The notes beneath the pieces are model-generated. The model did no database searches, was not told the origin of the DNA, and worked only from the letters and a program-made list of their open reading frames with translations. DNA of 64,000 bases from Barrientosiimonas humi (GTDB lineage: Bacteria > Actinomycetota > Actinomycetes > Actinomycetales > Dermatophilaceae). Positions 28,515 to 37,300 of this stretch are shown here, in pieces. Numbering within the stretch: position 1 is the stretch's first letter; every line of letters starts with the position of its first letter. The stretch spans positions 835,375 through 899,374 of the forward strand of contig NZ_VFOK01000001.1 of the NCBI RefSeq assembly GCF_006716095.1, written 5' to 3'. The position numbers and the translations under genes were made by a program.

Positions 28515-29990
28515 GTGCCGAACCCCACTGACCGCCGCAGCGTCGCTGTGGTGACCCTCGGCTGTGCCCGCAACGAGGTCGACAGCGAGGAGCTCGCCGG
28601 CCGGCTGGCCGCCGAGGGCTGGAGCCTGGTCGACGACGCCGCCGAGGCCGACGTCGCCGTCGTCAACACCTGCGGATTCGTCGAGCAGGCCAAGAAGGAC
28701 AGCATCGACGCGCTGCTGGAGGCGAACGACCTCAAGCAGACCGGGCGCACCCAGGCGGTGGTCGCGGTCGGCTGCCTGGCCGAGCGCTACGGCAACCAGC
28801 TCGCCGAGCAGCTCACCGAGGCCGACGCCGTGCTCGGCTTCGACTCCTACGCCGACATGTCGAGCCACCTCACCGCGGTGCTCCAGGGCCACCGGCCCGC
28901 GGCGCACACCCCCGGCGACCGACGTACGCTCCTGCCGCTCTCCCCGGTGGCGCGTCAGGAGTCCGCGGCCGGCGTGGCGACCCCCGGCCACGGGCAGGGC
29001 GCCGCCGAGACCTCCCGCCCCGACGACGTGGTCGTCGAGAGCCCCGTCGCGGGCGCGGGCCCGCGGGTCATCCGGGCCCGGCTCGACGGGCGGCCGTGGG
29101 CGCCGCTGAAGATCGCGAGCGGCTGCGACCGGCGGTGCGCGTTCTGCGCGATCCCGATGTTCCGCGGCGCCTTCGTGTCGCGGCGGCCCACCGACGTGCT
29201 CGCCGAGGCCCGCTGGCTGGGGGAGCGCGGGGTCAAGGAGGTCTTCCTCGTCAGCGAGAACTCCACCTCCTACGGCAAGGACCTCGGCGACCTGCGGCTG
29301 CTCGACACGATGCTGCCCGAGCTGGTCGCCGTCGAGGGCATCGAGCGGGTGCGGGTGAGCTACCTGCAGCCGGCCGAGATCCGCCCCGACCTGCTCGACG
29401 CCATGACCCAGGTCCCGGGCGTCGTACCCTACTTCGACATCTCCTTCCAGCACGCCTCCGGCCCGCTGCTGCGCCGGATGCGCCGGTTCGGCGACCGCCG
29501 CTCCTTCCTCGACCTGCTGCAGCAGGTGCGCGAGCGCTCGCCCGAGGCCGGCATCCGCTCCAACGTGATCGTCGGGTTCCCCGGCGAGACCGAGGACGAC
29601 CTCGTCGAGCTCGAGGCGTTCCTCGCCGAGGCGCGGCTCGACGTGGTCGGGGTCTTCGGCTACTCCGACGAGGACGGCACCGAGGCCGAGACGTACGGCG
29701 ACAAGCTCGACCCCGACGAGGTCGCCGAGCGGGTCGAGCGCATCCGCACGCTGGCCGACGAGCTGAACCTGCAGCGCGCCGAGGAGCGCGTCGGCGAGGT
29801 CGTCGAGGTGCTGGTCGAGTCGGTCGAGGACGGGCAGGCGACCGGCCGCGCGGGCCAGCAGGGTCCCGACGTCGACGGCGTCACCCAGCTGACGTCCGGC
29901 ACGCATGCCGTCGGTGACCTGGTGCGGGCTCGGGTGATAGGGACGGAGGGCATCGATCTGCTCGCCGACCCCCTCACGGAGCCCGCCTGA
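28515..29990 (+). CDS. rimO: ribosomal protein S12 methylthiotransferase RimO
   Basis: MTTase N-domain, radical SAM CxxxCxxC (CDRRCAFC), TRAM domain; GTG start. Confidence 0.9.
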   Translation: MPNPTDRRSVAVVTLGCARNEVDSEELAGRLAAEGWSLVDDAAEADVAVVNTCGFVEQAKKDSIDALLEANDLKQTGRTQAVVAVGCLAERYGNQLAEQLTEADAVLGFDSYADMSSHLTAVLQGHRPAAHTPGDRRTLLPLSPVARQESAAGVATPGHGQGAAETSRPDDVVVESPVAGAGPRVIRARLDGRPWAPLKIASGCDRRCAFCAIPMFRGAFVSRRPTDVLAEARWLGERGVKEVFLVSENSTSYGKDLGDLRLLDTMLPELVAVEGIERVRVSYLQPAEIRPDLLDAMTQVPGVVPYFDISFQHASGPLLRRMRRFGDRRSFLDLLQQVRERSPEAGIRSNVIVGFPGETEDDLVELEAFLAEARLDVVGVFGYSDEDGTEAETYGDKLDPDEVAERVERIRTLADELNLQRAEERVGEVVEVLVESVEDGQATGRAGQQGPDVDGVTQLTSGTHAVGDLVRARVIGTEGIDLLADPLTEPA

Positions 29991-30625
29991 TGCACATCCC
30001 CGAAGAGCCCGACCCGATGGCCACCCCGAGCCGGGCGGTCAGCAACTGGAACGTCGCCAACCAGCTCACCGCCCTGCGCATCCTGCTGGTGCCGGTCTTC
30101 GCGGTGCTGCTGCTGACCGACGGGGGGAGCAACACCGGGTTCCGGTGGGCGGCCTTCGCCGTCTTCGTCCTGGCCAGCCTCACCGACCGCATCGACGGCG
30201 ACCTCGCCCGCTCGCGCGACCTGGTCACCGACCTCGGCAAGGTCATGGACCCCATCGCCGACAAGGCGCTCGTGGGCATGGCGCTCGTCGGGCTGTCGAT
30301 GATCGGGGAGCTGTGGTGGTGGGTGACCGTCGTGATCCTGGTGCGCGAGCTCGGCATCACGCTGCTTCGCTTCGCGGTCATCCGGCACGGCGTGATGCCG
30401 GCGAGCCGCGGCGGCAAGGCCAAGACGGTCCTGCAGATCGTGGCGATCGCGATGTTCGTCATGCCGCTGCCCGAGTGGCTCCACGTCGTCGCGATGATCG
30501 TGATGCTCGCCGCCGTCGCGGTGACGGTCGTGACGGGAATCGACTACTGCGCCAAGGCCGTACGCCTTCGCCGGGCGAGCCTGCGCGGTCGCCCCGGACC
30601 CTCCGACGACGCGCGAGGCGGATAG
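29990..30625 (+). CDS. pgsA: CDP-diacylglycerol--glycerol-3-phosphate 3-phosphatidyltransferase
   Basis: CDP-alcohol phosphatidyltransferase motif (DxxDGxxAR...G...D...D); start overlaps rimO stop (TGATG). Confidence 0.85.
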   Translation: MHIPEEPDPMATPSRAVSNWNVANQLTALRILLVPVFAVLLLTDGGSNTGFRWAAFAVFVLASLTDRIDGDLARSRDLVTDLGKVMDPIADKALVGMALVGLSMIGELWWWVTVVILVRELGITLLRFAVIRHGVMPASRGGKAKTVLQIVAIAMFVMPLPEWLHVVAMIVMLAAVAVTVVTGIDYCAKAVRLRRASLRGRPGPSDDARGG

Positions 30626-30661
30626 CGGTGCCGGCCAGCCTCGCGGCGTCCTGAGGCCGTC

Positions 30662-31132
30662 GTGCGGGAGCCGGCGGCGCGCGACGTCGTGCACGTCCTG
30701 ACCGAGCGGGGCCGCACCGTCGCCACGGCCGAGTCGCTCACCGGCGGACTGGTGTGCGCCGCGCTCACCGAGGTCCCGGGGTCCAGCGCGGTCGTGCGCG
30801 GTGGGGTCGTGGCCTACGCCACCGAGGTCAAGGCGGCGGTGCTCGGCGTGGACGGCGAGCTGCTCGCCCGGGGCGGCGCGGTCCAGGGCGAGGTCGCTGC
30901 TCAGCTGGCCGAGGGCGTACGGCGGGTGCTGGGTGCCGACGTCGGTCTCGCCACCACCGGGGTGGCCGGTCCGGCCGAGCAGGACGGGCAGCCGGTCGGG
31001 CGGGTGTTCGTCGCCGTCGCGCGGCCCGAGGGCACCACCCTTCGGCAGCTGGACCTGAGCGGGGACCGCGCGGCGATCCGCGAGCAGACCGTGTCTGCCG
31101 TGCTGGCCCTGACGCACTCGCTCGAGGGCTGA
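30662..31132 (+). CDS. CinA C-terminal-domain protein (nicotinamide-nucleotide amidohydrolase PncC-like)
   Basis: 156 aa, CinA_C hallmark (TAESLTGG...GVVAY). Confidence 0.8.
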   Translation: MREPAARDVVHVLTERGRTVATAESLTGGLVCAALTEVPGSSAVVRGGVVAYATEVKAAVLGVDGELLARGGAVQGEVAAQLAEGVRRVLGADVGLATTGVAGPAEQDGQPVGRVFVAVARPEGTTLRQLDLSGDRAAIREQTVSAVLALTHSLEG

Positions 31133-31152
31133 GCCGCGGCCCCGGCCGGGCG

Positions 31153-31434
31153 CTAACCGTCCTTGCTGGGGCGGCCCCGCCTGCGGATCGGCGCCGCGTC
31201 GCGGGGGAGCCGGCCCGCCTTGCGCAGCGCGTCGCGCAGCACCGTCTCGACCTGGGCGTTGACGCTGCGCAGGTCGTCCGCCGCCCACCGCTGCAGCGCG
31301 TCGTGGACGGCAGGGTCGAGCCGGAGCAGGACGGCCTTGCGCTGGCCGCCCCGCCCCGACGTCGAGGGCTGGTCGGAGGTCAGTGGTAGAGGCTTCCCGT
31401 GTTGACGAGCGGCGTGGCGCGCTGGTCGCCGCAC
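31153..31434 (-). CDS. small ribbon-helix-helix (CopG/Arc/MetJ-type) DNA-binding protein; start uncertain
   Basis: C-terminal ~45 aa [42 protein letters not shown] is a textbook RHH; high GC3; no ATG/GTG directly before the beta-strand, so the start is either a GTG 50 nt inside the upstream SPFH gene or non-canonical. Confidence 0.5.
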   Translation of the reverse strand: MRRPARHAARQHGKPLPLTSDQPSTSGRGGQRKAVLLRLDPAVHDALQRWAADDLRSVNAQVETVLRDALRKAGRLPRDAAPIRRRGRPSKDG

Positions 31435-32621
31435 AGCACGACGAGCAGGTTGCTGACCATCGCGGCCTTGCGCTCCTCGTCGAGCTCGACGACCGACTCG
31501 CGCTCGAGCCGCTCGATGGCCATCTCGACCATCGTCACCGCGCCCTCGACGATCCGCTCGCGCGCGGCGATGATCGCGCTGGCCTGCTGCCGCTGCAGCA
31601 TCGCCTGGGCGATCTCCTGGGCGTAGGCGAGGTGGCTGATGCGCACCTCGAGGATCTCCACGCCGGCGATGGCCACGCGCGCCGCGACCTCGTGGGCCAG
31701 CTCCTCGGAGACCTGGTCGGTCGAGCCGCGCAGCGAGGTGCCGCGGCCGTCGGGGTCGTCGTAGGGGTGGGTGGTCGCGACGTGCCGCAGCGCCGCCTCG
31801 GACTGCACGCTGACGAAGTCGGTGTAGTGCTCCACCGCGAACGTCGCCTTCGCCGTGTCGGCGACCTGCCAGACGATGATCGCCGCGATCTCGACCGGGT
31901 TGCCGTCGGCGTCGTTGACCTTCAGCGCGTTGGTCTCGAAGTTGTTGACCCGCACCGACACGTTGCGGCGCGTGGTCAGCGGCATGACCCAGGTGAGGCC
32001 CGTGCGGCGGACCGTGCCGACGTAGCGGCCGAAGAACTGGATGACCCGGGTCTGCCCGGGCTGGATCACCACGAGCGGGGAGCCGACGAAGACCGCCAGC
32101 ACCACCAGCGCGATCGCGACGGGTACGAGCCCGGCGAGCGCCGACAGCCCGGCGCCGACCAGCATCGCCAGCGCGACGAGCAGGGCGAGGAAGCCGTTCA
32201 TCGCCCACGCCGGGTGCTCGGAGATGTCGACCCGCATCCCCTCGTGGCCCACGGGTCGGTGCGACGGCGGCTGCTCGTCGGGTCCGCGGCCGGAGTCGTC
32301 GGGTCCGTGCGGCCCGTTCGGGCCGTTCGGGCCGGGACCGCCGGGGCCGTTCTGGCCGTGGGGGCCGTTCGGGCCCTGGGGTCCGCCGGGGCCGGGAGGC
32401 ACGCCGGGGCCGGGAGGCAGGCCGGGGCCGGTGGGCGCGCCGCCGGGTGCGTCGATGCCTGCCGGCCCGTTCTGGCCGGGCATCGGGCCGGGACGACCCT
32501 GCTGCTGCGCGGGCAGCGGGTGCCGGGTGGACGGGCCCGACGGTGCGTCGCGTCCGGGTCCCTGCGGCGTCGGGGGCAGGCCCCCTGCCGGAATCGCGCC
32601 GGTCTCCTCGTTGTTGCTCAT
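31380..32621 (-). CDS. SPFH/band-7 domain membrane protein with a long Pro/Gly-rich N-terminal region
   Basis: N-terminal ~125 aa of GPxGPxGP-type repeats, one TM segment, SPFH domain ([18 protein letters not shown]...); ATG at 32621 (MSNNEETG) chosen over the overextended track start. Confidence 0.8.
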   Translation of the reverse strand: MSNNEETGAIPAGGLPPTPQGPGRDAPSGPSTRHPLPAQQQGRPGPMPGQNGPAGIDAPGGAPTGPGLPPGPGVPPGPGGPQGPNGPHGQNGPGGPGPNGPNGPHGPDDSGRGPDEQPPSHRPVGHEGMRVDISEHPAWAMNGFLALLVALAMLVGAGLSALAGLVPVAIALVVLAVFVGSPLVVIQPGQTRVIQFFGRYVGTVRRTGLTWVMPLTTRRNVSVRVNNFETNALKVNDADGNPVEIAAIIVWQVADTAKATFAVEHYTDFVSVQSEAALRHVATTHPYDDPDGRGTSLRGSTDQVSEELAHEVAARVAIAGVEILEVRISHLAYAQEIAQAMLQRQQASAIIAARERIVEGAVTMVEMAIERLERESVVELDEERKAAMVSNLLVVLCGDQRATPLVNTGSLYH

Positions 32622-32685
32622 GTCGATCGCTCCTGCCCTCGTGGCGGGTGGGTGGCGGAATCGCACCCCCGAGTTCCCGCGATAT

Positions 32686-32701
32686 CAAAGTGATAGCACT
32701 T
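32686..32701. promoter_or_regulatory. AT-rich palindrome AAAGTG-atag-CACTTT about 65 nt upstream of the SPFH gene, in the SPFH/clgR divergent region
   Basis: read directly; a sharp local GC drop in an otherwise 70+% GC intergenic region. Confidence 0.3.
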
Positions 32702-32877
32702 TAACCCGTGTCGTGCCCGCACGTCGAGATGCCTGTGGGTGCCGCGAGGTACGGTGTTGTCAGCGCTGGTGATCCGCTCACCTGCACCACGGGAGGGTGG
32801 TCCGCAGCCGCCCCCCGAGACCGTTAGAGACCGTCCGACCGCGACCTGACGCCGCACGACCTGCACGAGGAGGCCCG

Positions 32878-33180
32878 ATGATTCTGCTTCGCCGAGAGCT
32901 GGGTGACGTGCTGCGCGAGCAGCGTCAGGACCAGGGCCGCACCCTGCGCGACGTGTCGTCGTCGGCCAAGGTGTCCCTCGGCTACCTGAGCGAGATCGAG
33001 CGCGGCGAGAAGGAGGCATCCTCCGAGATGCTCGCCGCGATCTCCGCCGCGCTCGGGCTGCAGCTGTCCGAGACGCTTGAGCTGGTGTCGCAGCGCGTCG
33101 CCGTGGCCGAGGCCATCGCCGCGCCGGTGCGCCTGCCCGTGGGGCAGCGCGAGCACGCCTCGGTCGTCCACGCCGCCTGA
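32878..33180 (+). CDS. clgR: Clp-gene regulator ClgR (XRE-family HTH)
   Basis: [52 protein letters not shown] matches the actinobacterial ClgR N-terminus; GGAGG RBS; pgsA-cinA-clgR neighbourhood is conserved. Confidence 0.8.
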   Translation: MILLRRELGDVLREQRQDQGRTLRDVSSSAKVSLGYLSEIERGEKEASSEMLAAISAALGLQLSETLELVSQRVAVAEAIAAPVRLPVGQREHASVVHAA

Positions 33181-33252
33181 GCGGCGCGTCCGGCCTGCAC
33201 CGCGGCGCCTCCACCTTCCGCACGCACTTCGTCGCACGCGCCCGGCGGGTTG

Positions 33253-33345
33253 CCACCGCACGCCGCGCGCTCAGCCGCGCAGCTTCGTGGTGGTCGGGCC
33301 ACCGCACGCCGCGCGCTCAGCCGCGCAGCTTCGTGGTGGTTGGGC
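33253..33345. repeat. perfect 46-47-bp tandem duplication of the nei 3' end including its stop codon
   Basis: caccgcacgccgcgcgctcagccgcgcagcttcgtggtggt occurs twice (33253-33299, 33300-33345); the copy starting at 33300 contains the functional stop (ORF end 33317). Confidence 0.8.
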
Positions 33346-34171
33346 GGAGCCGCCCCTGTGGTCGTCCGTCGTCGTGCGCGGCCAGCCCGCCCTGGCACGT
33401 GGGGCAGTAGCACAGCACCCGCTGCTGCGGCGGCTCGCCGACCGTCGCCATCCGCACCATCCCTCCGCACCGGCGACAGGGCAGGCCGCGCCGGGCGAAG
33501 ACGTACGCCGGTTCGCGGCTGTCCCCGGTCGACACCGGCCGGCCCGACGCGACGCTCTGGCGCAGCAGCCGCCGAGCCCGACGTACGACCCCGCGCAGCT
33601 GCTCCTGCGACAGCTCGCCGACGGCGGTCCACGGGTTGAGCCCCTCCAGGAAGAGCGGCTCGCTGGCGAAGATCGTGCCGAGCCCGGCGACGTTGCGCTG
33701 GTCGAGCAGCGCCTCCGCGAGCAGGCGGTCGGGCTGGGCGGCCAGGTTCGCGACCGCGAGGTCCTCGTCGAGGCCGGGGCTGAGCAGGTCGGGGCCGAGG
33801 TGCCCGACGACCCGGTGCTCGTGGGCGGTCGGCACCAGGTCGACCATGCCGAGCTGCCAGCCGAGCGCCGCGTGCTGCCCGGTCGCCAGCAGCACCCGCA
33901 GCTTCGGCGAACGCCGTTGCGCCGCAGTCACTCTCGCGGTCGGACTGGTGCGCCAGCGGCCCTCCATGCGCAGGTGGGTGTGCAGCGTGACGCCGCGGTC
34001 GACCCGGTGCAGCAGGTGCTTGCCGACGCTCACGACCTCGAGCGTGGTCGCGCCCTGCAGCGGGGTGGCGTCCAGGTCGCCCCAGCGGATCTCGGCGTGC
34101 CGCAGCACCTCACCCGCCAGCGCACGGTGCAGCCGGCGAGCAGCCAGCAGCACGGCATCACCTTCGGGCAC
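33317..34171 (-). CDS. nei: Fpg/Nei-family DNA glycosylase (endonuclease VIII)
   Basis: N-terminal PEG catalytic start, H2TH, C-terminal zinc finger (CRRCGG...CYCPTCQ); GTG start; downstream of lhr as in mycobacteria. Confidence 0.85.
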   Translation of the reverse strand: MPEGDAVLLAARRLHRALAGEVLRHAEIRWGDLDATPLQGATTLEVVSVGKHLLHRVDRGVTLHTHLRMEGRWRTSPTARVTAAQRRSPKLRVLLATGQHAALGWQLGMVDLVPTAHEHRVVGHLGPDLLSPGLDEDLAVANLAAQPDRLLAEALLDQRNVAGLGTIFASEPLFLEGLNPWTAVGELSQEQLRGVVRRARRLLRQSVASGRPVSTGDSREPAYVFARRGLPCRRCGGMVRMATVGEPPQQRVLCYCPTCQGGLAAHDDGRPQGRLRPTTTKLRG

Positions 34172-34203
34172 GGCACGACGCTACCCACCCGCCGCCACCC
34201 TGC

Positions 34204-34314
34204 CGAAACCGCGTTTGAGCCCCGGGCGTGGGGTGGGTGCCCGATGTGCTGAAACCGCGTTTGAGCCTTCTGACCGTGCTGCAGTGGAGTCAAAGCGCTG
34301 GAACCGCGTTTCAG
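34204..34314. repeat. three copies of the palindromic motif YGAAACCGCGTTTSAG (TGAAAC-cgc-GTTTCA core) spaced 46-49 bp apart in the lhr-nei spacer
   Basis: 34204-34219 cgaaaccgcgtttgag; 34250-34265 tgaaaccgcgtttgag; 34299-34314 tggaaccgcgtttcag; the copy nearest nei is ~35 nt upstream of its GTG. Confidence 0.6.
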
Positions 34315-34346
34315 AGCCGGGGCGGGCAGGGGTCAGCCGCGCAGAC

Positions 34347-37300
34347 TCACCCGCGCAGGCGGAGGCCGCGGGGGGTGGCGTGGAAGCCGCTGGCCTCGAG
34401 GGCGGCGGCGACCGGGTGCTCGGAGCCGAGCAGCTTGTCGCCGTCGGCGGTGGTGACGGTGAGCTGGCCGAGCGCTCCTTCGCGGACCGCCAGGGCCAGG
34501 GCGTCGGCGGCCGCGCGCAGCGTGGCCTCGTCGTCGCTCCACGACAGCAGGGTCTTGCCGCCGCGCTCGACGTAGAGCACGAGGGCGCCGTCGACGAGCA
34601 CGACCAGGGAGCCGGACTTGCGCCCCGGCCGGTGACCCGTGGTGGCTGCACCCGCGGCCGTGCCACCCGTGGCCGCTGCACCGCTGGTCGCACCGTCGGT
34701 GCTCGCCCCGTCGGGGGAGGTCGGGCGGTCCGGCCAGGGGAGTGCCGCGCCGTACGGGTTGGCCGGGTCGGCGGCCGCGAGCACCTGGGCGGTCGAGGGC
34801 TCCGGCTGCGGTTGCTCCCACAGCGAGTCGGTCGCGGGTGCGGTCGGGCGGCCGACCGCACGCAGCCGGTCCACGGCCCCCGCGGTGCCGAACTGGGCGG
34901 CGCCGAGCCCCTCGACGAAGTACCCCCGGCGCACCCGGCCGGACTCCTCGGCGGTCGAGAGCACCCGATAGACGCCGGCGAACCCGTCGGGCACGCCCTC
35001 GGCCATCACCGACCCGCGGGTGACGATGCCGTAGCGGTCGAGCAGCACCTCGGCCGTGGCCAGCGCCCGCTCGGTCGGGGAGTCGGCCGCGGGCGGCAGC
35101 AGCGACCAGCGGCCGCCGACCTTGCCGGGGGTGGCGACGCGCGAGGTGCCGGCGCCGGTGACGCCGCGGCGTCCGACGGGCACGCCGCCGAGCGACGTGC
35201 GCGCCCGGCCGTAGCGGCTGCGGGCCGGGCCGGTGCGGCGCGCCCGGTGCGCGGGCCGCCCACCGCCGACCAGCGCGCGCAACGGAGCCAGCGTGTCGCC
35301 GGTGACGAGCCCGCCCCAGACGAGGTCCCACAGCGCCTCGGTGAGCCGGTCGTCGCCGACGACCTCGCCCGCGGACAGCGCCGCCACCCGCTCGCTCAGC
35401 GTGCTGAAGAAGAACGCGCCGCCGCCCTCGAGCGCCTGCAGCACCCGCTCGTGCAGCGGCCCCAGCTCGAGCTCGGCGTCGGGCGGGGTGAGCGTCAGGT
35501 GGGCCGAGTCGGCGAGGTGCAGGGACACCCAGCCGTCGTCGCCGGACAGCGCGCCCCGCCCCTGCCAGAGCACCTCCCCGCCGGCCATCAGCTCGTCGAG
35601 CATCGACGGGCGATAGCTCGCGACCCGCGCGGGCAGCACCAGCGACTCCAGACCGCTGGCCGGCAGCGCCACCCCGGCGAGCTGCTCGACGGCGCGCAGC
35701 AGACCGTCGAGCCCGCGCTGCCCGGAGCCCACCCCCTGCCACGCCGGCAGGAAGCGGGCGAGGTCGCGCGCCGGCACCGGCTCGACCTCGGCGCGCAGCG
35801 AGGCGAGCGAGCGACGCTTGAGCACCCGCAGCACCTCGGCGTCGGCATATTCCACCGACTCGCGTCCGCCGCCCAGCGACAGTGGGCGCAGCTCGCCGGC
35901 GACCAGCCGTCCGGCACCGACCAGGCGCTGCAGCCCGGCGTGCACGACCGCGCGGCCCAGCCCCAGCTCGGCGGCGACCGCGGGCTCGTCGAACGGGCCG
36001 TGCGTGCGGGCGTAGCGCGCGAGCAGGTCGCCGAGCGGGTCGTCGACCGGCTCGAGGAAGACCGCCGGCACCCCCATCGGGAGCGAGACCCCCAGCGCGT
36101 CGCGCAGCCGCGCGGCGTCGTCAACCAGGGCGAAGCCGTCGCGGCCGGCCACGCGCACGGCGATGACCTGTCGGTCGCTCACCAGCGACTCGAGCCACGC
36201 CGGCATCTGGTCGCGCACGTCGGGGCGGGTGCGCTCGGTGACGGCCTCGGTGGTGAGCGGGCCGAGCCAGCGCAGCAGGTCGGCCACGTCGTCGCGGTCG
36301 CGGGCCAGGCGCTCCTCGGTGGTGCGCTGCAGCTCGGCCTCGGTCGCGGCGACGACCTCGGGGTCGAGCAGGTCGCGCAGCGCGGTGCCCTCGTCGCGTC
36401 CGAGCAGCTCGCCCAGCAGCACCGGGTCGAGCGCCAGCGCGGCCGCGCGGCGCTCGGCGAGCGGGCTGTCGCCCTCGTAGAGGAACTGGGCGACATAACC
36501 GAACAGCAGGCTCTTGGCGAACGGCGACGGGGTCTTGGTCTCGACCTCGACCACGCGGATGCGCCGGGCCTGCACATCGCGCATCAGGTCGACCAGACCG
36601 GGCACGTCGAAGACGTCCTGGACGCACTCGCGGACCGCCTCGAGCACGATGGGGAAGGACGGGTAGCGACTCGCCACCTGCAGCAGCTGCGAGGAGCGCT
36701 GCCGCTGCATCCACAGCGCCTGCCGACGCCCCGGGTTGCGCCGGGGGAGCAGCAGCGCTCGCGCCGCGCACTCGCGGAAGCGTGAGGCGAACAGCGCCGA
36801 CCCGCCGATCTCGTCGGTGACGACCCGCTCGACGTCGTCGGGGTCGAGCAGCAGCAGCGCCGACAGCTCGCGGTCGAGCTCGACCCCCTGGTCGACCTCG
36901 AAGTCGAGCAGCCGCAGCACGATGCCGTCGTCGCCGTGCAGCGCCTGCACCTCGGTGCCGAACCGCTCGCGCAGCCGCGCCGCCAGCCCCAGCGCCCACG
37001 GCGCGTGCACCGGTGAGCCGAACGGGGAGTGGATGACCACCCGCCAGTCGCCGAGCTCGTCGCGGAACCGCTCGATGACGATCGACCGGTCGTGCGGCAG
37101 GTGGCCGGTGGCCTCGCGCTGCTCGCCGAGATAGGCGAGGAGGTTGTCGGTGGCCCACTCGTCGAGCCCGGCCCGGCGTACGCGATCGCGGGCCTCGGCG
37201 TCGTCGAGCCCGCCGAGCTCACGCACGAACGAGCCCACCGCGCGCCCCAGCTCGGCCGGCCGGCCGGGGGAGTCACCCCGCCAGAACGGCAGCCGCCCGG

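Noticed and set aside
33317-34349. Shared 12-mer TCAGCCGCGCAG at the nei stop, the lhr stop and just downstream of it, as evidence of recombination between the two gene ends
   Set aside because: Both proteins end in Leu-Arg-Gly-stop encoded by preferred GC-rich codons (CTG CGC GGC TGA). Convergent codon usage explains most of it. The one extra copy was kept only as a side note.
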